NCBI GenBank assembly: GCA_964234715.1
Contig: OZ174283.1
DNA: 64,000 bases
Strand: one strand, 5' to 3'
Source of the DNA: Podarcis melisellensis
Taxonomy: Eukaryota
The position numbers and the translations under genes are program-made. The notes below the pieces were generated by a model, which worked only from the letters and a program-made list of their open reading frames with translations, made no database searches and had not been told where the DNA came from. This document shows positions 13,242 to 22,761 of this stretch, piece by piece (the first letter of the stretch is position 1; every line of letters starts with the position of its first letter).

Positions 13242-14273
13242 TTTCCTCTTCTTCTTGGCAGGGTTGCCTGTCCCTCCTCCGCCTCCGCCTCCCCCGCCTC
13301 CTCCTCCTCCCCCGCCCCCGCCTCCCCCTCCGCCTCCTCCTCCTCCGGCGGCTCCCAGGGAGGAGGAGGACGACGAGGAGGAGGAATGGCTCTGCGGGCA
13401 GTCTGCCAGATTGGCAATTTGAAACGCGCTGTCTGTGACGGCTGCGGAGGCTGCGGCGGGGGAGTGCAGGGCTGTCATGACGANNNNNNNNNNNNNNNNN
13501 NNNNNNNNNNNNNNNNNNNNNNNNNNNNNNNNNNNNNNNNNNNNNNNNNNNNNNNNNNNNNNNNNNNNNNNNNNNNNNNNNNNNNNNNNNNNNNNNNNNN
13601 NNNNNNNNNNNNNNNGTCTGCAGTGCTCGGGCGCCAAGGTGGAGAGGAAGTTGTTATTGGCCATTTGCAACGAGGCCTGCTCGGCCGGCGCGCAGCCCGG
13701 CTTGCCTAGGCGCTGCTGGGAGTCGCCGCGGTGGTGCAGGCCGCTGGCCCCGGCCCCGCCGCCCCCGCCGCCGCCGCTCCGGCCGGCGGCGTGCAGCGAC
13801 GACGACGACGACGACACCGACGACGAGACCACGGCGGCTGCAGCGGCGGCGGCGGCTGCCGCGGAGGAGGCGGCTGCGGCGGCGGCGGCTTTGCGGGCCG
13901 CCACTCCGCCGGCCACGGCCGCCGCCGGGTTGGCGGGGCCTCCGACGCCCGCGCCGCCGCCGCCCGCGCCGCTGCCCCACAGCATGGCGGTGGCGGCGGC
14001 GGCCGTGTCGCAGTTCCAGGGCGACATGCCGATGCGCGCGGCGGCGGCGGCGGCGGCGCTGGGGAAGATGGGGGTGGTGATGCGCGCGATCTTGGCCGCC
14101 TGCGGGAAGGCGCCGCCGTTGGTCTTGTAGAAGGTGGCGAAGGAGCGGTACCTCTCCATCTCCGAGTTGTAATCCACAAGGCTGTTGAGGGCGCCGTCGG
14201 GCAGGTGGTTCTCCTTGGGCAGGCCCGGCGCCTCGGCGGTGGGCCCCGTCTCCACGCACACGTTGGTGTTCAT
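13101..14273 (-). CDS. CXXC4: CXXC finger protein 4 (IDAX), main coding exon; 3' boundary inferred inside an N-run; last coding exon not in window
   Basis: Translation MNTNVCVETGP...LNSLVDYNSEMERYRSFATFYKTNGGAFPQAAKIARITTPIFP...QMANNNFLSTLAPEHCR...VMTALHSPAAASAAVTDSAFQIANLADCPQ...NPAKKKRK matches vertebrate CXXC4 as I recall it. ATG 14273 has context GGCACCATGA. The masked 13241-13101 would fit the 47-codon CXXC segment (RCGVC...GTSLE) before the donor. Confidence 0.95.
13484..13615. other. N-run (132 nt) covering a conserved CXXC4 segment
   Basis: Seen directly; frame preserved across it. Confidence 0.95.
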
Positions 14274-14637
14274 GGTGCCCAGGGGGTGGTGGGGGTGGGG
14301 GTGAGGGTGGGGGTGCGGGTGGGCCTGGGGCAACAGGGTGGGCGGGAAGGAGGAGGACGTCGAGGAGGAGGAGGAGGGGGGAGGGGGCGAGGAGAGGAAG
14401 GGGGGGCCGGGGAGGGCCAGGGGAGGGAAGGGCAGGGCGGGGAGGAGGGCCACGGGAGCCGTCGGGGGGGCCGGGCCGGGTGCTGGGTAGCCCGGGGGGT
14501 CAGGGGGAGGGAAGGGGGGGAAGCGCTGCCCTCTAATCCTCTTGGGGGGGCATCTCGGCACACGGCGAAGTCTTCTCAGGCAGCCTCTTCCTTTGCATCG
14601 TCGTCGTCGTCGTCGTCCTCCCCGGGAACCGTCGCAA
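14274..14637 (-). other. CXXC4: CXXC4 exon 2 5'UTR with splice acceptor at 14638/14637
   Basis: Minus strand reads aatgactttctttctttcAG|TTGCGAC: branch-like TGAC, polypyrimidine tract, then AG. Confidence 0.7.
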
Positions 14638-17518
14638 CTGAAAGAAAGAAAGTCATTTCGGGGGGAAAGTCTACGCAGAAGGAGGGAAAGGGGATCCGCG
14701 CGCGAGAGAGAGGACTGTCTGTCTGTGCGTGCGAGGCTTTTTTGTTTTGTTGTGTTCAAAAGACACCACACAACACACGCTGCGGGGAGAGACGGGGCCC
14801 GTCAGTCACCCCAGCTCGTTTGCATAACAATCAATAAAGACATGATCCCAGCCCAGCAGCCAGCCGACGGTGCCTCCTCCGCTCTCCGGCCACCTTCCCT
14901 TCACCTCCTCCTCCTCCTCCACCCCCCTCCGCCGCCGCCGCCCCCTCCAATCCCACCCCGCGGTAAATGCTTTAATAGCTGGGGAGAGGGAGGGAGGGGA
15001 GGGCGGGCTGACAAATGCCAGGGGAGAAGGGGCAACCGGAGTGCTAAACACATGCAAATGAGGGGTGGGAAAGGGCTCCCAATCCTCTCACCAGAGGGCA
15101 TCGGAGCTTTAGGAAATGTGTGAACGAGCCGGGTTGCCAGGGCAAGACGGGGCTGGAGAGCAGCGGGCTCGGGAGGAGAAAACCAGGCGGGGGGGGGGGA
15201 ATGAGCAAAGGGAGCGCGAGGAGGAGAAGAAGAAAGTCTGTTCAGGCGTTAAAAAGTAGGAGGAAGCACAATGCCGCCAAGAGTCGACCTTCCTCCGTCG
15301 GAATATCGAGATTTTGTTTTGTTTTAGAGGATTAGCAGGAACTGTTTTCTGAATCTGGGGGAGGGGGGTGTCATCAGTTTGAATCACAGCTGGCTGTGTT
15401 GCAGGGTCCCTAGATCAGGTCTCTTTGGCAGAGGGGGAGCCAAGGTCCTTGCCCAGCCCCCCAAATTAAGTAAATAATAAAGGGACTGAGTTGAGGTGGG
15501 GGGTATATATTTATACACACACATGCAGGGCAATTTCACAGGTTTGGGTATGAGATCCTGCAGCTGCAAGGGGACTGAATATCCACGCAGTCACTTAACA
15601 TGCTACACAACCTTCAAGCCAGGGACGCTATGTAAAAAAAATCTAGATACCAAGGAGGCACGCACCACCTTCGAAATACACTTTATCAGTCTTATTAAAA
15701 AAAAAAGATTTGCAAGGTATACCCCTTGCTGTGGGTTGCCTATTCGCATATGGGTTGTGGGGTTTTGTTTTTATTTCACATAGGCCATCCAATATCAGAG
15801 AGGGCGTATTAGTTTGTAACACTGGGAGAAGTACACTCTTCCAACCTTTAGGAAGTGAAACAAACCAAAAACCAAACTGGACACAATATATATATCTTTG
15901 TCATCCAGAATGTGGTTCCACCTCCCACCAAACAATGTTTTTACTTGCAACATTCCCCTGTTTTTTTCACTTGTAAACAGAATATTAGGTCCCCCAGAGA
16001 CACTAAGAAAGGACCCCAGTACAGTTTTATGCCTGATTCCTACAGTTGAAAAATAGTTATCAATTATACTAATTACAGTCATAATTAGACTAATGAACCA
16101 TTTCTAGCCCATCCTACTAGCTTGGGGGGACTTCATCATTTAACTGCTGGGATAGACTGAAAAGCAGGGTTTTAGGTAAACTAATCCAGATTATGAGAGC
16201 AAATCTAGAAAGAAAGAAAAGTCACATCAGCCTCGTCTGGCAGATAGGGACCAACATGCATCTTTTAATCAGGGAAAGACCCTAATCACACTAGAGCCAC
16301 CTCTGCATTTTTACATCAGGGGGAAAGACTGAAACCACTGCTCCTTGTAAGGATTTGGTCGCAACAAGGAGGTCTTTTCCCTATTCTGAAAACACGCACA
16401 AAAACAACCTAATCACAGAAAAATTAAGTGTATGAAATAAGGCTACTTTTTAAAAAGGAAAAGAAAGTATAACTTCATTTCCATTAACAGTAACTACTTA
16501 ATACAAGTAGTTTTTCTGGTTCTGCATAGGCAGTGCACTCACATTGGAAAAGATAGTGATAATGTTTGAGTAAAAATAATAATAATATCACATAGGCTCT
16601 CAACAGAACACACTTCTATGCCCCATTTTCGTTGCATTTTAAATGTTTTTCCCACCTCCAGGAAACCCCTGCTACAATTTCAGCCTCTTCTCTCTTACCG
16701 CCACCACCAAATCCCCTTTCAAGGTTTACTGCTACCAGAAACGAGAAAATTATGGTGCCCACCAACCAGGTCATTATTGTTTAATCGATGCATCTCTGGA
16801 GCGCGAAAGAGGTGTCTAAGACGCAGCTATTGATTTTTCTTTTTTAAATTAAAACTATCGTGCGATTTTTTAATTTTATTTTTTAATAAAAAAAACCCCG
16901 GATAATTAAAAGCAGCTAAAGAGACTGCGATCTACTTGCTGCTTAAGCCAATGTGACTGTACATGTTCAATATTGCATATCTGCTCCTGCTAGAGACAGA
17001 GAGATCAAAGGTCATATTTAACATTCAGGAGGAGGGGCTGGTGCAGATTAATTAATAAATTAATACAGCAGCGCCTTTTATTGCCCAAGCCTAGCATTCA
17101 TCTACTTTAACAACCCCAGCGGACCACAAGAAGGGGGGGTGGGAAGAGGAGAGGAGAGATAACAGGAAGGGGGAAGGGAGAAAAAAGAAAGAAAAGAGAA
17201 AGAAAAGGGGGGGAGGAAGGAGAGAGATCCAAAAACAATCACTTACCAGTCTCTGTATTTTTGGGGGGGACACTTGGATTTTGCAGACGCTTAACCCGCC
17301 TGTCTGTCTTTAATTAGTTGCACATCACTCCCTAACACAAAGAAGAAGGGGGTGGAAAAAAAGAAGAAAAAAAGAAAAAAAAGGAAGAATATCCCGATGT
17401 GTCTTTGGCAGCTCCTCAATTACAACTTTGATACTTGTAAACAAACTGTAAAAGGGCGGTGATGAGGGAGGGGGGTCGGTGGGAAAGGAATAAAGACGCC
17501 GATCCACTAAGCAAATAC

Positions 17519-17640
17519 CTGTAAGTGGCTTTCTTTTTTTTTTCCTCCTCTCTCTCTCTCTCTCCTTGTTGCAGAGAAAGGAGGAGGGGGGAAGGGAGGG
17601 GGATAGAGAGGAAAGAGCAGGCACTGAATGTGTGTGTGCG
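17519..17640 (-). other. CXXC4: Probable non-coding first exon of CXXC4 (5' end approximate)
   Basis: Donor CAG|GTATTT at 17519/17518, just downstream of the CpG island. An alternative consensus donor CTG|GTAAGT lies at 17247/17246. Confidence 0.45.
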
Positions 17641-18980
17641 CGCGCGCGCTTGTGTGTGCGCGCTGTGTGTGTGTGTGTATGTGCGTGCGCGCGTGAATGT
17701 GTGAGAGCGCTTGGCTGTGCTGCTCGGTGGTCTCCTCTTCCTGCGCGTTGCGCTCCGTCCGTCTCTCCAGTCGCTGTGTGCGAGGGAGGGAGGGACGCAG
17801 CCGGGGGAGTCTCTCTCTCTCTCTCGCTCTCCCCCTCGCTCTCCCCCTCTCTGTTTGTGTGTGTGCCTGCGTGTGTGTGGTTGCTGGGGGAGGGGAGGGA
17901 AGAGAAGAGAAGAGAGACGTGGGGGGGGGGGAGGGAGAGGGAGAGGCTGAGGCGCGCCAGGGAGGTGAGGAGGATGCAGGGATGTGGACACCTACTGATG
18001 ATTGGCTGCAAATTACACCGGGAACAAGAGGCGCGCACGGGCCACTGCTCCGCTTTCCCTCTCCAATCCCCTCCCCCACGCCTCCTCCTCCTCCTGCGCG
18101 CTCAACGCAGCGAGAGGCCACGTTTGGCCGCCCCTCCTTCCTCGACGGAGGGGCGGGCGGCGGCTGCGGAGGAGCAAGGGGGGTGGGTAGGTGGGTGGAA
18201 AAAGCTGCCTGGAGGCTCATTTGTAAGGAGCAGGCACTTGCCGCGGACTCCAGCCTCTTTATTCCCCATTAACTTGCCTCTGTGCGTGCGTGCGTGCCGA
18301 GAGCGCAAGGGAGGCCGGGGGAGAGAGAGGGAGGAGCGGGTGGGGGGGGGGGAGATGGAGAGAGGGAGGGAGAAGGGAGAGCGCGCGGGGGGTGGCTGGT
18401 GTGTGGGGGAGAGAGAGGGGTGGCGTTGGAGGGTGTGCTCCAGTCGACGGCAGGGAAGGCGAAGGCGAGAGAGTTCCTCCCCCAGCCGCAGCCTGAAGTG
18501 GAAAGGTCCTTGCTCGTTGGAGAAGGGTGCTCTCCACACCAGCACCCCTCGCCTCGCTCCCCCAGGTCCAGCCCCTCGCCCAGGCGCCCTCTTAACCATT
18601 TGCAGGCGGCCGCCGGCGAAGAGAAGCCGTTGGCTCTGGAGAGGCTTTTCGAGAGGAGGCGAGAGAGGGGAGGCGCTGCACTGGGAGGTCTCCCACTCGC
18701 GCGGAAAGAGCTCTTAACAACCCTGAATCCTAGAAGTTAAAGACCCAGGCGGCTTTATTCCTCCCAGCGCCTTCCGCCAAACGCAAAAAAGAGCCTCCCT
18801 CATACTCCAGACTTAATCTCACGGAAATAATCCTGTACACCCGGCGCTGCCTCGGTGCCAGGAGCAGCAATAATCATCGCCGTCGATGATGACGATGATT
18901 AATAATAATAATAATAGTCTCCTTCGAAGGGTTTCTAGCAGCTGCTGAGCTTCCCCTTCGGAGGTGAAATCGTCCCGCGT
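17620..18980. promoter_or_regulatory. CpG-island promoter of CXXC4
   Basis: Very GC- and CpG-rich, GC box (GGGCGG about 18150), GA-rich tracts, located 5' of the gene on the minus strand. Confidence 0.8.
17628..17703. repeat. Alternating (TG)n/(CG)n tract
   Basis: TGTGTGTGTGCGCGCGCGCGC..TGTGTGTGCGCGC..TGTGTGTGTGTG seen directly. Confidence 0.9.
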
Positions 18981-20651
18981 AATCAGAGGGTTGCTCTCAT
19001 ATTAAAGCATTCAAAAGTGTGTGCAGCTACAAAGTTTCTCTTTGGCTTTTTCTTTTGGAGACAAGGATAGAGGTGACACTTTGCACCAATGAATAGGCTA
19101 ACATGTAGCCACGTTCGTGGTGTCGAATGAGCGTGTTGTTTCCGTGTAAAGGTCTTAAATGCTTCATTGTAGCACTTTACTGGAGCTTATGTGGTACCTA
19201 AAGGTTTTTTGTTGAAGAGGAGCGAGGGAGGGAGGACAGGATGGCTGTAATACGTAAAGATGAATATCTTGCACTAGTTTTACCTTATGGAAAAATAAGG
19301 ACATGAATGCACTGTTAAATAAATTTAAGCTCATGCATGCCCAATGCTACCCAAATATTTCATTTCCATGATATTTGATAAGGGAGGAGGTAATTAAAAA
19401 TATAGGCAACTTTGGAATTATATGGACTGATGAATCAAATTCATTATATTCCATTTAAAAGCTTAATGGATACCCACTGATACCTAATAAGATTACTAGA
19501 AGCCTGTAGAAACCTATGAACCCAAGGTGCCCCCCCCATATAAATCAAGAAATTGTGGAATAATTCCTCCACTTTGCCCCTTGCCACTTCTCTCACCCAC
19601 TGCAACCCTATTATTTCCTCCTTCAGATCAAGGTCCCAGCTCACAAACCCATTTTCCCCTGCTCCCTCCTACTGTTAATTCTTCAAATATCATCACCCAC
19701 ACCCTACTTCTTTCTCCTTTTCCTGACATCTCATTTTTCACAAGATCCTAACCCCAACCTCATTCTTGCTCTCACTCCTCCCTAGGATTCCATTATCCCC
19801 TTCTAATTCTCAATCCCATTTTTCCTCCTTCCTTCCTAAAACTGATATTCCTTCCTTTTATCCCAGATCTCACATTCTCCTGGAATTCCAGTAGGATTCT
19901 CCCTATTTTTCCCCTGCCTCCTACACTACACCCTTCCTCCTCTAATTTCCAGAACCTGGCAGCACTCTTTCTCCTTCTTCCTAAAACCATCCTCACAATA
20001 TCACATAAAATGTACTGTGCTATATCCACTGCTTCTCTTTCTCTCTTAGAGTCCACCTTTATCTCACTGTCTCTTCCCAGAAAATACCATGCTCTTAGCA
20101 AGGCTTCACTGCTGCAATTGCAATGTAATTTGTATAGCTATTTGTATAGAGCCTATTCTCATAACTTCCAGTGTTTAATCCAGAAATCCTGACATGATCA
20201 AGTGGCAACCAACTGGCTGTTCCACCTGGCCACCAAAACTATTCTATTTGGCTTCTGGTAGCCCAGCTGAGCATTGACCATTCTAAAGTATGGCTGCCTG
20301 AGAGTAAGGAAGAGATTTATTCCCAGTCCCCTCAACCTGTGCCTTCCTTCTTCATGGACTTGACCCAGCAATGCAGCTACAGCTATTGATGACCATTTCA
20401 GTTCTCTTAAGTTTCTCTAAGTTTCTCATTTTTCAATCTTAAAGTCAGTTCTCTAATTTCTTCAGCAATTTGCATCTTTATTTTATTCCTAATGGAAATT
20501 TGTCAACATTTAAGCAGAGCCAAAGTTTGCGCATGCAATTCACTATCTATCCAGGTAAATTTGTGATACAGAAGCCCACTTCTGTACACAAATGGCTCCT
20601 AGCTAGTTTGGGGAAAATGTTTTTTAGGCTCAAATTAATCTAGGGCATTAA

Positions 20652-21069
20652 CCTGATTCGCACGTATGCTAACCATGATTAGTGTTAACCATAGTTAACA
20701 TGAAGCATAGTCAATAAACCATAGTTAAAGCTGAAGCATCTGACAGACAATCACTTATTAACTTCTTACCCCACACAGCAGCTGAACTTTGAGAGTGATT
20801 TGAATTTTTTGCTGCCCTTCCTTCACTTGTGGCTCTCTAGCCTTTTGGTGGTGATAACTCCTTAACCATGGTTAAAGAGGAGGTCTGGATTTTCTCATAA
20901 CAGTAAGCTGAGGTTAAATGTTAACTATGCTTTTATAAACCAGCTGCAAACGTTGGTTAAGAAGTTGCCTTTAACAACAGTTAATAAAACGTAGTTAAGC
21001 TACTGGGCTGGGTTCAAACACTAAGACATGGTTTAATAAACCATGGTGTAATGTCATGTGTGAACCAGG
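20652..21069. mobile_element. Degenerate TIR element rich in AACCATGGTT palindromes (related pieces about 3565-3990 and 48075-48457)
   Basis: CCTGATTCGCAC at the left end and GTGTGAACCAGG at the right end; many TAACCATAGTTA-like units. Confidence 0.4.
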
Positions 21070-21812
21070 ACACTTTTTCTCTGAAAACAAAAGTAGCTTG
21101 TGTACAAGTGTCTGTTTCTCTCATGGTTCTTTGAACAGCCTAATGAGGTCAGACTAGAAGCACCAACAGTTCACCAGCTATATAGGACAGTCAGAGCAGT
21201 GGCTAAGAGCTAAGGAGACCTGAGTGATATTTGCCTATTCATTATATTTCAGCCTAACCCACCTCACATGGTTGTTGTGAAGATAAAGGAGAGGGGAAAA
21301 CCAGCCCTAGCTGCTTGGAGGAAAAGTGGGGCAATAGAACACCCACGTGGAAGGTTTTCTTAGCCTGACATCTGAACCTTTGCTAAAAATAAATCACTGG
21401 ATGATGTTTGCAGGACACAGTTCTTTCATCTTTATCATAAACACATTTCGTGAGAATAAATCCTATTCATTTCCTGTGGAACTTATTTTGGCATGTGTGC
21501 TTAGAGGCAGCCTCAGAGGGAGTTCTCCTTGACAGCTGGTGCCAGGGCTCCAGGCTATGGATTCTGTGTAAGGAAACAGATAGCAGAACAGTGTGGAAAT
21601 GAAATCTTCACTACATGGATTGGTTTAAATGTGCATTGACTTGAAATCATATTGTTTATGTAGGTGTCTCCGTGTTTCTTTTGTGGTCAATAGCACTGAT
21701 GGCTAGCCGAAAGGACTTTTTAAGGAAACACACTATCTGCATTTCTTGAGGTTTAAAATGCAAGTGCCCCACCCAGAAGTTCATGGACTTCTCTTGGAAA
21801 CACCAGCAGGTA

Positions 21813-22190
21813 AAAAAGATAAAGGTAAAGGACCTCTGGACAGTTAAGTCCAGTCAAAGGCAACTGTTGGGTTGCAGCGCTCATCTCACTTTCAGGCCGA
21901 GGGAGCCGGCGTTTTCCCACACTTTCAGGGTCATATGGTCAGCATGACTAAATCTTTTCTGGTGCAACGGGATACCTTGATGGAAACCAGAGCACACAGA
22001 AATGCTGTTTACCTTCTCAGCACAGTGGTACCTATTTATCTACTTGCACTGGCATGCTTTTGAACTAGGTTGGCAGGAGCTGGGGCAGAGCAACGGGAGC
22101 TCACCACATCATGGAAATTTGAACTTCCAACCTTCTGATCGGCAACCCCAAGAGGCTCAGTGGTTTAGACCACAGCACCACCCATGTCCC
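21813..22190 (-). mobile_element. Sauria SINE (Squam1)
   Basis: AAAGGT tail and characteristic body; TSD CCAGCAGGTA at 21803-21812 and 22189-22198. Confidence 0.9.
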
Positions 22191-22203
22191 AGCAGGTAGA
22201 TTT

Positions 22204-22230
22204 GTGTGTGTGTGTGTGTGTGTGTGTGTG
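22204..22230. repeat. (TG)n microsatellite
   Basis: Seen directly. Confidence 0.9.
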
Positions 22231-22644
22231 GATTCTGTTCTCAGATTTTTCAGAGGAAAACACCTTGAAACAGACTTTCAAGAGGTAAAAACAAAACAAA
22301 GCACATACTCGTTTAATAAAACATTAATCTCCAACCCATGAACTTGGATCCTAACTTTCCTTAGATAAATAGAACAAGAGTTTATGGTCACAGAACAATG
22401 CTTTCCCTCTGCTTTCCCCCCTCTGCATACCTCCCTGGACGTGGATGGACCATGGCAGAAGATCCTGTTGGAAATCAACCCCCACCCCTTTCAACATGGA
22501 TGGAGGAGTAACTTTGGATGCAAGCCATAATGTGTTAACATCCAGAATTTCAAAGAATATTAGAAGAGTTCTACTCTGTTTGTTTTTTTAAAATATCAGT
22601 CAAATGTAACTTACGTAAAATCTGGAAATGTACACAACTCTGAA

Positions 22645-22761
22645 CTCCAGTAACAAGAAGCCGAAAGCACCAGCCTGAAGATGACGAGTGAGACCTCGTC
22701 GAAACGTCGCCTAGACACCCCAACTTTTACACGGGAAGACACCCGAGGACACCAAAACCTG
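22645..22761 (+). mobile_element. 117-nt Penelope-like fragment containing a minimal hammerhead ribozyme
   Basis: TSD CAACTCTGAA at 22635-22644 and 22762-22771; CpG-rich, so young; contains the hammerhead core. Confidence 0.75.
22671..22712 (+). ncRNA. Minimal type I hammerhead ribozyme motif
   Basis: CTGAAGA (22675-81), T, helix II GACGAG/CTCGTC with a 6-nt loop, GAAA (22701-04), CG, TC; predicted cleavage after C22708. Confidence 0.7.

Larger units (their letters stand above)
12800..15310. promoter_or_regulatory. CpG island over CXXC4 exon 2
   Basis: Dense CpG and high GC relative to the CpG-depleted background. Confidence 0.85.

Noticed and set aside
14638-14771. Start of the 600-aa ORF at 14771
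   Set aside because: Non-ATG start upstream of a clear splice acceptor, so probably intronic.
12810-15123. Long plus-strand and alternative-frame ORFs (299, 368, 231, 193 aa)
   Set aside because: Shadows of the GC-rich, low-complexity CXXC4 exon; no recognisable domain.
17325-18740. ORFs of 150-383 aa on both strands
   Set aside because: CpG island and simple repeats are stop-poor; translations are low-complexity.
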